Assembly: GCA_963924565.1 (NCBI GenBank)
Contig: OZ004608.1
Span: 38,254,001 to 38,318,000, forward strand
Source of the DNA: Ascidiella aspersa
Lineage: Eukaryota
Direction: 5' to 3'
Length of the DNA: 64,000 nucleotides
Positions 12,591 to 24,335 of the stretch are shown here, one piece after another. Positions within the stretch are counted from its first letter, which is position 1. Each line of letters begins with the position of its first letter. The position numbers and the translations under genes are program-made. The notes beneath the pieces are model-generated. The model had not been told where the DNA came from, ran no database searches, and worked only from the letters and a program-made list of their open reading frames with translations.

Positions 12591-15510
12591 GAGAATTCTT
12601 TGCTTGCATGTAGCTTAAACATAACTAATGAGAAAAGTATTTGTTACTGAAAGTGTTATATTTCAATATTGTTGACAAATAAGGATCATGTGGATTACAT
12701 AAGACGTTTTGCGTTCGAAATTTGTCAAAACAAACATTTCAATTGTTTTACATTTTAATCTAGTTGCGCATTTTCTTGAAAAAAAAGAAATATTAAATAA
12801 TTAATTCATTACATTTTTTTACTCTTTTTTTTAATTTTTTCGCCGTGCAAAAAAAATCGCGATTGCCGTTGAAAGTTGTTTTGTTTAAAAAATAGGTTGA
12901 CCAAATGTTAAGTCCAAGGCAGGATAAAGTATGACGTAATGCTTAATGCAGCTACTCGCAACGATAAAAATTGTTTAAATAAGATTATGTATTTTTCAGT
13001 CGTATGTTGACATAGGAGAAAAATGATACATTACGTCATACCTTATCCTGACTAATTTGGTCAAAGAATTTTCCGTTTTGTGTCGTTCTAACGGTTTAGC
13101 AATAAACTATTTCACAAAACAAAAAGTAGGCTATTATAAAAGCAAGATGTCTAAATACTCGATCTAGAAAATTTGTCTCTTTTTAAAAGTTTTCACCTTA
13201 CAGAGCATAATATGAAATAATTACGAAATAACTTGACTTGACTTAATTGCCCTTGTTTATTTTTAAAGCCATTTAAAAATTACTTATTTACAACACTAAT
13301 AGAAACATCCAAAAGCAATACATTGACGCATATTTGACAATAAAAAACATCAGAAATTTAATGTCCTGGGACCTAGCCTACAGTACCTCAATAGAAACGT
13401 ACAAAAACAAAAAGACAATTCATGACGAGACTTAGACGAGCATTTTAGTATCCAAACTTCACTTCAATCAACCTTATCGAAACTCGTTTATTTATAGTTT
13501 ATCTGGTGCTTTAAACAACCACCAGGGTCATTTTTGCACCTTGCTGGGGTACAACTTTCAATCTTGACTGAAAAATAATATATCTGAAATTAAGCAAACA
13601 TTTAATTACTTAATCCGCATTGTGCCGCAGCATTTTAAAGCAAACATTAATTGCTTGCTTTTCAACTTCAAATCAGGTTAATCATTGTACATTCTCACAC
13701 TGTGATATGTTGTTGCCTGGAAACCAAAGAAGCATAGCCCATGCTGGGAAATAAACTGGTAATAAGCCTAAGTTTATTGAAGTTTTATTTTGAATAAGGA
13801 TAGTTTAGTCGATTTATTTTGTTAAGGCAGACTATTACGCATGATTGAATTTGTAAGACCTATAATATCTCAGCTATACAGTTGAAATAGCTGGAAAAGA
13901 AGTTTGTCAAAAAACAAAGTTCTGACTTTATTTTGGAAACACTTATGTCATCAGATTGACAGAACTTATCTCTTTACAATACGTTAAAGCCAGGGCTTCA
14001 CTTTGTAGCTCATTCAAACAAACTAACTAAAACATTATTCACATGTGTGTAGAGAACTGTGGTCTAGCCCAAGAAGTCACCCAACTAATTCTGCCGGCCC
14101 GGGAAATAAATGTAAATAACTTCAGTTGAAATGTGGTCGGATTCTTGACTAAGTTTTATTAAAAATTTAACTAAACGACATTTTCACAAAACTCAGTACA
14201 GTTTATGCTAACTAAACAGTCAATTTCCTTCATTAACGATAAGCTCAAGTTAATAAAGTTTGAAGCAAAATTTCTTATCCAGCCCGCCATTATGAATTTT
14301 TAAGGTTATTAAGTCCATGAGGTAAATAAAAAGTTTGGTGACCATGCACTGGGTCTAGTCCTTTAAGAAGTCATTGTTATCAACGAAACTACAGCAAACA
14401 TACAAATAGTACAGCGAGTTCACGGGTGCCTGGTTTAGTACAGGCATGGTATAGTTAGAAAGGGTTGCACTAAAAACCCTTAAAGCAAAATGTTAGGTTT
14501 AGTATTCTTTTCGGCAAAATTCTAGCTTGAATAAATCCATTGCTTCACAATGCCGTATTGTTACAAGGTACAACTAATATTAATAAGAGGTTAGATTTTG
14601 CAGTGTTTGCTCAATACGTAAATTATATTAGGTTAGAAAACATTATTACTTTTAAGATTGACAAGATTATGCAGCGATTTATTCACACATAAGCTTCGCG
14701 AATAAACTTAAAGGTTTGAACAGTTTCTCCGCATTTTCAAATATCATAAAGTCTCTAGATATTTCGTGTCAGTGTACAAAAAAGCTTATGCCCTGCGTCA
14801 TAAAGTTCGATTGATATTAGGAACACTGCTTTAAGTTGAACAGATAAAACTGAAAACAAGTGGCAATGTAGTTACTTTGTAGGTCTGTTTATAACTTTAT
14901 AATGACAGAATTCCTAAATGTGTTGTATCAATCGCCTTTTTCTTGTGTCTGCTTATATGATTGTATCTACTCTTTTGGTGAGAGACCTCTCTGTCAATCA
15001 ACAGAGACCGCTCTGTCACTTGCTAAGGCCAGATCTCTCTGGTCTCCGTTTATTTCCCTTGACCTTTTGTTTTGGAATAAACTTTACAAGCGAACAGTAA
15101 CATATAGTAGTCGGCAATGTGGTTTATAATATGTCCTACAGCAATGCTGACAAACAGTATTTACCTGTTGATGAGTTTTTAGTTTACACAAACGTGCTTC
15201 ATCAGGAGTAAGAACTATTATTTTATATCATCTGTGTAAGCATTTGTCACATTGACGTAACTGAAATTATTGGCGCAAAGTTCACCTACTTTTCTTCTTC
15301 TGAACGATTCTTGCTCTGACCTGATGAAGCACGGTTGTGCAAAAGCTTGTCAACATTACTTAATAATTATTAAAAGTGACATTACTTTTTAATTGTTTAA
15401 ATAAGACAAATACGGCTATCAATCAAGATTAAAACAGATAATTTTCCATCTCCAGCAAACAGCTTATTTTGTTTAATATATTTCAATGTAAAAACGTTAA
15501 AGAGATTGTT

Positions 15511-18500
15511 ATGTCTGGTGCTGGACCGGATAAAAGTTTCTTTACATCTAAAGATGGTGTATATAAAACTATTCAACTGGTGAGATTTTTATTATTGTTG
15601 GTTAATTTAATTTAATTTCAAAACCATAAATGAGTTAATGTTTGTGATTTTTGTATACCCTAGTACTAGTGCGGTGCTTCCCAGTGTTGTAAACAAGTCA
15701 TTTTAAAATGAATTAAGTCCCACTCAAGTTATTTGCAAAATAACTTAAGTCCAAGTCAAGTCTTTTTGAACAAATACCAAGTGAAGTCCCAATCCAAGCC
15801 ATCAGTTGCGCAAGTCAAATCCCAGTCAAGTCATAATTAAAGTCAACTTCAAGTCACGTCCTTGTCATAAAAATAAAGCGTTAAGCTATACGAATTTTTA
15901 AACTAGCATGATTATGAACAATAACTGAACTAAAAACTAACGAAAACGGAACATATAGCAAGCAATTTGTTTTTTGTCCAAAAATTTGGACAAATAGCTC
16001 AATTGTTTAAAAAAATACTTCAAGTCATTAAAAACAGTGACTTAAGTGCCTTAAGTCAAGTGATTGACTTAAGTCATTACAACACTGGTGCTTCCCAACC
16101 AGTGATGGGTCGCGAAGCTATTTCTGAGTGTTACAGTTTTCTAGTAGATCGGGAAATGAATGCATTACCATTAGGTAGCATTTATGCAAGAATATCACAA
16201 ATAGCTAACAATTAGATGTGTTGTGTCGCAATAACTATTTCAGTAGGCTACGTACGGTACGCCACTAGTAAAGATGCAGGTTTTATGTAACTTTATTTGT
16301 GTGGTCATATCTTATTGTAGGTCACTCACAAAACTTGCTGTAAATATGGGTCGCGAACTGAGGTTGGGAAGCACTGCCCTAGTGTAATATGACTCGGTCT
16401 GGGATTTGACTTTCCAGTTGTCAAAAATTAATTGGAATTAAGTTAATATACAAATGGCTTGACTTGCTACTTGTTGAAAATGACCTGACTTGGACCAAAG
16501 TTGTTTGCAAATGACCTGACTTTATTTTAAAAATGACTCTTTTCCAACACTACAGTGCAATTTATATGCATTTTAAACAACGTGAGACATAATCGCACGT
16601 TGGTTAACAGTTGGGATGTCCGATAGTATCGGATCGGAGCCGATACCCGATGCCGAGTTACAGTAGCAGTATTTGTCCAATACTAGGTTGGTATCGCTGC
16701 CAATCCGATGTCAAGGTAATACAGGAACCCTGAATCGTAAATTTGACAAAAAGGTTAAATAACTGAAGGAAAGAAAACTTCTTAGGGTTGGTGGAAATTT
16801 TGACTAAATAACCTAAAACCTTTCCACCTTTTTTGCTTGTTTAGTGATGACATCGTTTAGTAACTGTTCACATCGTGATATTTTTTCCAAAATATAATTA
16901 TTAAGTTTAAGGACATCCTCCCTAGTTTACGGTCATGCTTTACTTATAATATACTCGATTACATAAAGCACGTATTCGTAAAATATTACCAAACCTCTGA
17001 AGCAACGAATCGGTTATTAATTTCAACAGGAAACTAAAAAAAACTTTAAATTTCAGGTTCTCAGTCTTTTGGTTCTAATTCTGTGTTTATCGAGCTCATT
17101 TTGGTCGGTGGAGGGCGCCAATGCGATGGGTGCTGTTCTTGCATTTTCCCTGTTTTGCTCGGTCACCATAACATTAAATTGGATTATTAACTTTTGCCAG
17201 CTTTACACCGTAATGAGCTTTAAACCAGAAGCTTGGAAAACCTTAGTAAGTTCATATCTACTATTAAAGAATTTTAAGCCAATAAGGTCATGTAAATCGA
17301 CATCATCTTGGTTAATTCGATACGAACTTGCACCATCTTCAGTTCATGTGACTGACAATTAGTTCAAAGCATCACTTATGAAAGATGGGACGAAATTAAT
17401 CGCAAAGTCGAATAAAACTGAAAACTTTTAGTTTATGTTTCAACGCTCGCTGCCAGAAAAACGCAATTAACAAAGAAAATGAGATTTTTAACGAGTTTAT
17501 ATTGAAAAAGCAGAACGAAGGTTTAGCAGGAAACTTTTTAATCGTGTAAAACCATGAAAAGTGTCACTACACCATTACGTCATATACAGCAACATACGTC
17601 ACAACAAGGATTTGCTTACAATTAATTATATCCCAACTTTTGTGAAGATTAAATTTCTTCTCAGTCACATTAACTAAAGATGATACAAGTTCGTATCGAA
17701 ACGTCTTTATCAAGATGCTGTCGATCTACTCGATCTTTTTGGCTTTGAAATTCATTATAATCCAGCTACATTACAGATCCGTGCATAGTGTAAATATTAA
17801 AGAACAAGTGTTGTTTTTTTCAGTGCCTTTGTTGCTAACTTACCCCCAAATATATGCGAACCGCGTAACATTAAGGCCCTGCGGTCACTGAGAAGATCAG
17901 CATGACACCAACGTCCTATAAAAAAGTTACGCGTTTTACTTAATATGTTCGCCAGCCAGATCTTTGTGTGGGATTTAATTGACCAATTTTGTTTTTTAAA
18001 GAGTTTTTAGGGCCGGATTCCAGTGGTTTAAGTCCCCCATAAAGGTTTTTTTGCCTATGTTAGCTGTAAAATCCTTTAGCGTTCTGCGCGGAATTGCCAC
18101 AATTTTATAGTCGTCATAAAACAAATAACCAACAAAACAATAAAACAAACGAAAGTCAACTTTAATCCAGTCTAATCGCGTTAATCGCGAAAAAATGTGT
18201 TTTTTGTTCAACTTTGCCAAACTTTTAGATTAAAAATTTATGTAACACATTAGACGCATCAATGAGATTCGCATATAGCTCGCATTTATAGTCCAAATTT
18301 GCTTTTTTGTATAGCTTTTTTGCAAAACTTGTTAGTTACTCGGCGTAACATGCTAGAATATGATAGCGCCTTTGAGCTAGATTTTCTTTATACTTTTTGA
18401 AAAAAACATCACGTAAGCCACGTATAAATGGGCTGAATCCCAAACCATTGACATCACCTTTCATTCGATTTAAGTAACTGAATATGCTGTTTTAGGCGAA

Positions 18501-21500
18501 ATATATTTTTCTTTTAACAAAAATTAAGATGCCGTCTTTTACTCGGGTTTAAACTTTAAGTTTTACTTGTTTATAAGCCTGTGTATTAATTTTTCTAAGC
18601 GAATGATTATTCATTGAATTTAAACTAGAGAATAAGTTAAACATAATCAATAGTGTTGTTTCAGGAAGTAAATTACGCCCTGTTTTGTGGTTTATTGATG
18701 GTGTCCAACATGTGCATTTCTGCCATCATGGCCAAGGTGTATAGCAACTTTTCGGGATATTCTGACGAACCATTGCCAGCAAACTTCAAGGGTCTGTTGA
18801 CTTCTTGTGCTGTAAGTTGGCCATCTCTTCTATATTTTTGACCCTTTTTTGTTTGAAAAGGTTGAGCAGTATATATTGTTGCTTTTAATATATGGTTGAT
18901 GTGCTTAAAATGTTTAAGGGCTCTTTTCCTTATTCTTATATGCTCGCAATCCGTCCGTTTGCTCGTAATATTATTCAATACAAGTTATTTTAAACCAGGG
19001 CTGTGTAGTCGGTATCCCGAGTCTGACTTAGATTTCAGAGCACTGTTTTAAACTACAACGTTCTAAAGAATATTGTAACTTTGTTTTTGACAACCTCGTA
19101 AAATAAACCAGTATCACGAACAGCAAAGCTACCCTTGAGGTTTTAGTTTTGCTTTAAAAAAATTAAGGTGTTGTTAAATAGAAATGTATAATTTCGAGTT
19201 TTACCTTTTTGCATGACGTTTTTAGGCGCGAATGTTTTTAATCAGTCATTTTTTCTACCTTCAGGTGTTCTCAGGGTTTGCAATCGTTTTTTTCGACGTT
19301 TATATGTATATTATTCATAAGGACAAACCGATCAGCACTCGGAGGCTTCTAAAGCAAAAACGTCAGAATAATGGTAAGAATTTCAGGATTTTATGCTCCT
19401 CTAGTGCAACCTTTGCCTTATGTCACATTTGCAGATACAACATTTATAAGCGTTAATCGGAAGGGGTTCCACGATGTTGTTTGGGAGCGCATAACATTTA
19501 TTAGAGATGTTAGGTCTTTAAACAGCTTATACTAAATCGCTTGTTGTTATCTAGTGCGCAAATGTCCAGCTGAAATGCAGTCTAGTCACGCGAGGCGTAA
19601 AAAATGGGCTCTTTTTGTTTAAATTGGCAAAACTTTCAATTTAAAGATAAATGGATTAGCATATTGGTTGATATAATGGCACTTACATTCCAATTAAACA
19701 AACTGAACTTGCAAAGTTTACGAGTTCACACGGCGCAACATGGCATATAAGTCTTTCAACTGGACAACATAATAATACTTACTGCAATGGACAAAAACAT
19801 ACTAATAACCAAAAAAAGTTTGCACTTACATAGCAAATTTGACAAAAAATATAGTTTAGGGACTATTGCCCTGGTTTTAACACAGTTTTTCAATTACCAG
19901 CCGCCGGACGAAGTTCAACTAGCCACTCCTTTACCAGAAGTTCAAGAATAGCGCCCATGAGCATGACAATAAACTTATCAGTAAGTGCAGTTAGACAAGC
20001 AGGGTTGCCAGATGGCAAAAATAAAAAAACCAAGCTTACCTTAAAAAGAAGGCAAAAAGCCAAATCTACTACAAACTCATGCTTGAACATTGAATTTCTC
20101 CTTTTGTGGCAATTTTTCTCAATTTTTTTGTCGCTTTTTGCAAAAAAATTTGGCAATTTTTCTCTTTTTGTGATTTTTTTGGCATTTTTTTATTTTGTGT
20201 TAGTTTGATCTCTACTTAACATAACACTAATGAATTTTTCCAATTAAGCCAAAAAAAGCCTAAAATAGCCAAATTTCATTTGGATTTTTTTTGAAAAAGT
20301 AAAATCCAGAGAGGTCCAAAAAAACCTAAATTTTTTAATTTGGCTTTAAACAATCCTAACTGGCAACCCTGTAGACAAGGTCCGATAAATTACTAGTAGT
20401 TTGGCTTAAGACTTAGTACAGTTCACCTGCAGAACAGTATGACCTGGTATTGGTGCGTTTGCCCATTTATGCAACAACCTCGTGTCCTTAGAAAACTAAC
20501 TTGCTACATAACTTTTAAAACGCATTCTTACCATGCGATTTAAAACAACTCGACTCCGACAACCGACCTAGAAAATAAAGTAAATTTCCGGCTCCGTTAA
20601 GCAAACCGATTTATCAATCTCATGTCCATCTCCGACTTTAACGCCATGTATTTCATGTATACTGTCACCACATTCACTTACCCACCCACAGCGTAATGCT
20701 GTTACACCCTTACGGTCTACCATGTGAAGTTTTAATCGATTTCAAGCTTGCTTATGCGCATGTCGGACTCGGCATTCTAGTAGCCTTACGTAGTCTTGCT
20801 CGAGTCCCGATCCGACTTTAGGCAAATAAACCGACTTAATCGAATTCCGAGTCCTGTGTCCGACTTTGAGTCACGGATACCGAGCACTTTGTTTCTTAAC
20901 TGGGACCAGTATCGGCTTAACTGGGACCAGTACCATGGAACATTCCTTACATGTACATTTTATACAAATACTTTTAAAAATGCCATCATGACTTAAATCC
21001 CTTTATAAATTTTGTATTGAATCCGACCCGATATTGTTGGTTAGCCTTGCAATATTCAAGCGATTTAACTTCCAACCTTCTGTCAGTCTCCCAGAAAAAA
21101 TAACAGACTTACTAAACACTTTAGTATAGTTACACCCGAGACACCTTATGGGTTTTATCATTTTTTGTATTTATTAATGTTAAAACAACACAATAATACC
21201 TTCATCATATTTTATACATTGTCAAAATTGCCAAAAAAAATTCAACTAACCTTTCCGTGTAAGCTTGAACCACTGACCAAAGCAATTTTTGTAGAAGTAT
21301 CTTAAAGTTAATACCATTAGACAAAGCTTGTAAAATGCCAAAAAGTCAGTTTAGGAGACTTCAATGCGTATGATTTTTGTTCAAACATTCATACCCAGGG
21401 CCCGATGTACATCGACGTCACAGTTGTTCAGGGGAGTATTATGTCAGCCAATTGTGACGCAATAGTCAACTCGACCAACCAATTCGACATGTCAGGTGGG

Positions 21501-23788
21501 AAGAATGTACATCAAAACTTTAGCCTGGCATGCGATTGCGACAATGTTGAGCTTTTTTATTTGTTCACCTCCAGGTGAAGTTGGAAAGCTGCTTGTAGCC
21601 CAAGGTGGTCAAAGCATTGCTGATGATTGCTCCAACAGCCCACTGTACAGCTCAAACAATCTTCGTATCACCAAAGCTGGTACTCTACCGTACAACTTCA
21701 TATTTCATCTCAACGTGCCCAAAGATGTAAATTCACTTGAAAACGCGTTGCTGGAATTGTTTGAGGAAGCTGATAAACGTGGAGTTAGATTGCTTGCAAT
21801 GCCTACAGTTGGAACAGGTAAGCATTTACATGATAAGCGAAATTAGTTTGCATCGACTAGCTCAGTGGTTCTGAAACTGCTGTCCGCACAACATTCTCTT
21901 ATTAATAGGTTAATAAGTTAGACCGGAGAATTTATTTCGTTTTTCTTTTTAATGTTAACAACTTTGTTGACAGTTTGTCTGAACTAATTATCAGACTAAT
22001 TATCCTACCAGAAAATTTTACTGTATGTCGTTTTAAACATCAAAGGGGTCGTCCTTTATTTGTAAGAAGGTGAAAAGGTGAAAAAGTTGTAGAAGCACTG
22101 GACTAGCTGGTACGCGAAACTCTTAAGATGAGACATTTTAAAAGTGAACATATTCAACTCTATGGCATGATTTGAACACTTTGTTGCTTTACTTAGGCGG
22201 CATTGGATTACAAGCCCAGGAGGTAGCTATCTGCATCAGAGAAGCCATCATCAGATTTGAACAAACCAATTCCAACTATCTGCAAAGCATCTCAATTTAT
22301 GTATTTCAACAAGCAATGTTGGCAACATTTAAACAGGAGTTCCCAACATTGCGTCATGATGTCTCCAATACAGGTTGAAACTTTTGTTTGGTATAAAATG
22401 ATACAATTAAGTGCATCCTGTTCGTAAAACTAACCTGTGGTGAGGTTTGGACTGACGACCTCGGTCATACCAGGACTGTCGCTCTACCAACTGAGCTACA
22501 CAGGCTCAGAAGGGAGAAAACAACAACAGCACTGTTGCCTGCTGCATCTTTTCGGTAAAACTAGTCTGTTGTGAAGTTCGAACTCACAACCTCGGTCATA
22601 GCAGAACCGTCGCCAGGCTCAAAGGGAAGCAAGCTGAAGACAACCATTAAGTCTGCGTAATCTAGGCCTTCTGAAGTCCCAGTTGACCAATTGTTGGTAG
22701 ATCCCGGTATGGCCGGACGTTGTGAGTCCAAAACCCATCACAGACTGCTTGTTTTTCTAGACGGCCTTACTTGCATCATTGATCGACAGAATCGGTGTAT
22801 CTGCAATGGTTTTTACTTTTTTCTTTTGATTCACTAAAAACGTTTCATATTTGACTTAAAATTTCTTAAATGTTTTTTTAGGTCTTCCGTCCCACTGGGA
22901 AAGCATGGAAGGACAACTTTGGAAACGAGTAAAGCTTCCAAGAATCTCGCAGGAATACCAACGAGTTCTGGCACTCTTCAACAAAACTCTTCAAATCAGA
23001 GTTTCTGAAGTATGATAAAATGTTTTAGTGAGCTATTTTACTACGACATTGTTGTTCTGTTTAACTTCTTTTAAAGTAATCTCGCTTATATATATTATGT
23101 GACTTCAGATTGAACGCATCCAAAACCCGACGCTCTGCAGACAATATCAAGCCCAAAAGATAAAGGTTACCGACGTTTTGGGAAAACGTAGGACAATTAT
23201 AACGAGGGAATTATTCCATGGAACTAGCGCTCAATCATGTGACAGCATTTGCAAAGACAACTTTGATAGAGGTCATTCCGGCATTAATGGTGGGTAAAAT
23301 GACAACAAAATCATTTAAAAACATATTTCACTGCAAACAATGAACTGCTGTGTATCTTCTCAAATACATTATGCCCTCCGCTAAATATGCTTAGCTAGTA
23401 TTTGTTTAATTTTGCTACCTTTATATTTTGAAAATGCCCCAGTACCAGTAGACTAAAAATTCATTTTTTTACCCTACATATAAAATAAAAACCTGATAAT
23501 GAGACATTCACATTCTTTTCTCCAGGTACTATGTATGGGAAAGGTACGTACTTTGCTACAACTGCCAAATACTCGGATTCATATGCATCAGGAAATCCTA
23601 AACATATGTTTCTGGCCAAAGTTATAACTGGAGAATACTGCCAGGGCAGCAAGTCTCTGACAGTTGCCCCGAATCAACCAAATGGCTCGCCTTATGATAG
23701 TGTCGTAAATAACATGACAGATCCAACTATGTTCGTTGTGTTTAAAGATACAAGCGTTTACCCAGCTTACCTTGTGATTTACAATTAA
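15511..23788 (+). CDS. MARVEL-like 4TM + macrodomain + PARP14/15-like ART fusion, paralog 2 (11 exons, 560 aa as modelled)
   Basis: Exons 15511-15579, 17057-17245, 18665-18811, 19265-19373, 19901-19980 (alternative in-frame acceptor 19886), 21399-21495, 21575-21817, 22197-22373, 22882-23009, 23109-23289, 23526-23788. All are GT-AG and in phase (1683 nt). Exon sizes match paralog 1 (189, 97, 243, 177, 181, 263). Motifs: QGSIMSANCDAIVNST, PTVGTGGIG, LFHGT and YGKGTYFA. Confidence 0.78.
15672..16376. mobile_element. hAT/Charlie-type MITE interrupted in its left TIR
   Basis: Reconstructed TIR cggtgcttcccaacc / ggttgggaagcactg, with degenerate TSD tactagtg / ccctagtg. Confidence 0.75.
15682..16087. 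mobile_element. hAT-type MITE (aagtc-rich family), nested in another MITE
   Basis: TIRs cagtgttgtaa / ttacaacactg, with perfect 8-bp TSD gtgcttcc. Related fragments occur at ~4985-5206, 8150-8528, 13220-13278, 16390-16552 and 40575-41325. Confidence 0.88.
17272..17790. repeat. Dispersed repeat with long internal inverted repeats and the conserved end gctacattacagatccgtgcatagtg
   Basis: Related copies lie at ~3685-3842, 6805-7023 and 9955-10127. Confidence 0.6.
20000..20371. mobile_element. hAT-type MITE
   Basis: TIRs cagggttgcca / tggcaaccctg, with perfect TSD tagacaag (19992-19999, 20372-20379). Confidence 0.9.
21399..23788 (+). CDS. Macrodomain-PARP catalytic region of paralog 2
   Basis: Six exons homologous to 9473-11733, with an in-frame ATG at 21405. 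Confidence 0.92.
21863..22100. mobile_element. hAT/Charlie-type MITE
   Basis: TIRs cagtggttctgaaact / agttgtagaagcactg, with perfect TSD gactagct. Confidence 0.85.
22434..22812. mobile_element. Cluster of tRNA-derived SINE fragments (two minus-strand heads, one plus-strand copy)
   Basis: Matches to the SINE head (gctctaccaactgagctacacaggc) and body (cttgcatcattgatcgacaga). Confidence 0.7.
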
Positions 23789-23980
23789 TTCTGACAATAT
23801 ATTCTTTATCACTTATATTTCAACGCATAAAGGTCTCCAAATGTCCCTAATTGAACTTTGAAATAATGCGTTGTCTTTCGAATTTTGCTCGATTTTGTAA
23901 TTATATTTAAACCTGCTTTAATTTTAAAGCCCTTACAGAAGTTAACATTCAAAATGCTACCTACTTCTGTATGAAAAAAT

Positions 23981-24335
23981 ACACACACACATGTGTTCCA
24001 TAACTGTGATCTAGCTCTTTTGAAGCTGCTTTTTGGCCAGCGATTACGGCTTACATATCATCAGTACACCGAAAGCCATCGTAGACTCACCGAGTCTGTC
24101 TATCAGTGATGCAAGCAAGACAGGCTAGAAAAACAACCAGCCTGAAGTTAGGCTAGAACTCACGACCGTTTCGACTTGCTTCCCTCTAAGCCTGTGTAAC
24201 TCAGTTGGTAGAGCAACGGTCCCGATATGACCGAGGTCGTGAGGTCGAACCTCACCACAGGCTGGCTGTTTTTTGTTCCTGCCTTGCTTGCATCATTGAT
24301 TAACAAATCCTGTTAGTCTGCGATGGCTTTGGGAA
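23981..24335. mobile_element. Head-to-head pair of tRNA-derived SINEs
   Basis: Minus copy ~23981-24170 has a (CA)n tail. The plus copy starts at 24190 with a cloverleaf-like head at 24190-24262. Confidence 0.78.

Larger units (their letters stand above)
4400..23900 (+). repeat. Tandem duplication of the MARVEL-macro-ART unit (~4400-11800 and ~13600-23900)
   Basis: Homologous exons, plus conserved upstream blocks 4435-4635 vs 13632-13842 and intron blocks ~8990-9060 vs ~21130-21210. Boundaries are approximate. Confidence 0.85.

Noticed and set aside
14919-15087. Solo LTR (TG...aataaa...CA, with internal gagacc repeats)
   Set aside because: No target-site duplication, primer-binding site or second copy was found.
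24190-24262. Functional tRNA gene
   Set aside because: The anticodon loop and T loop are non-canonical, and the same SINE body follows in multiple diverged copies.
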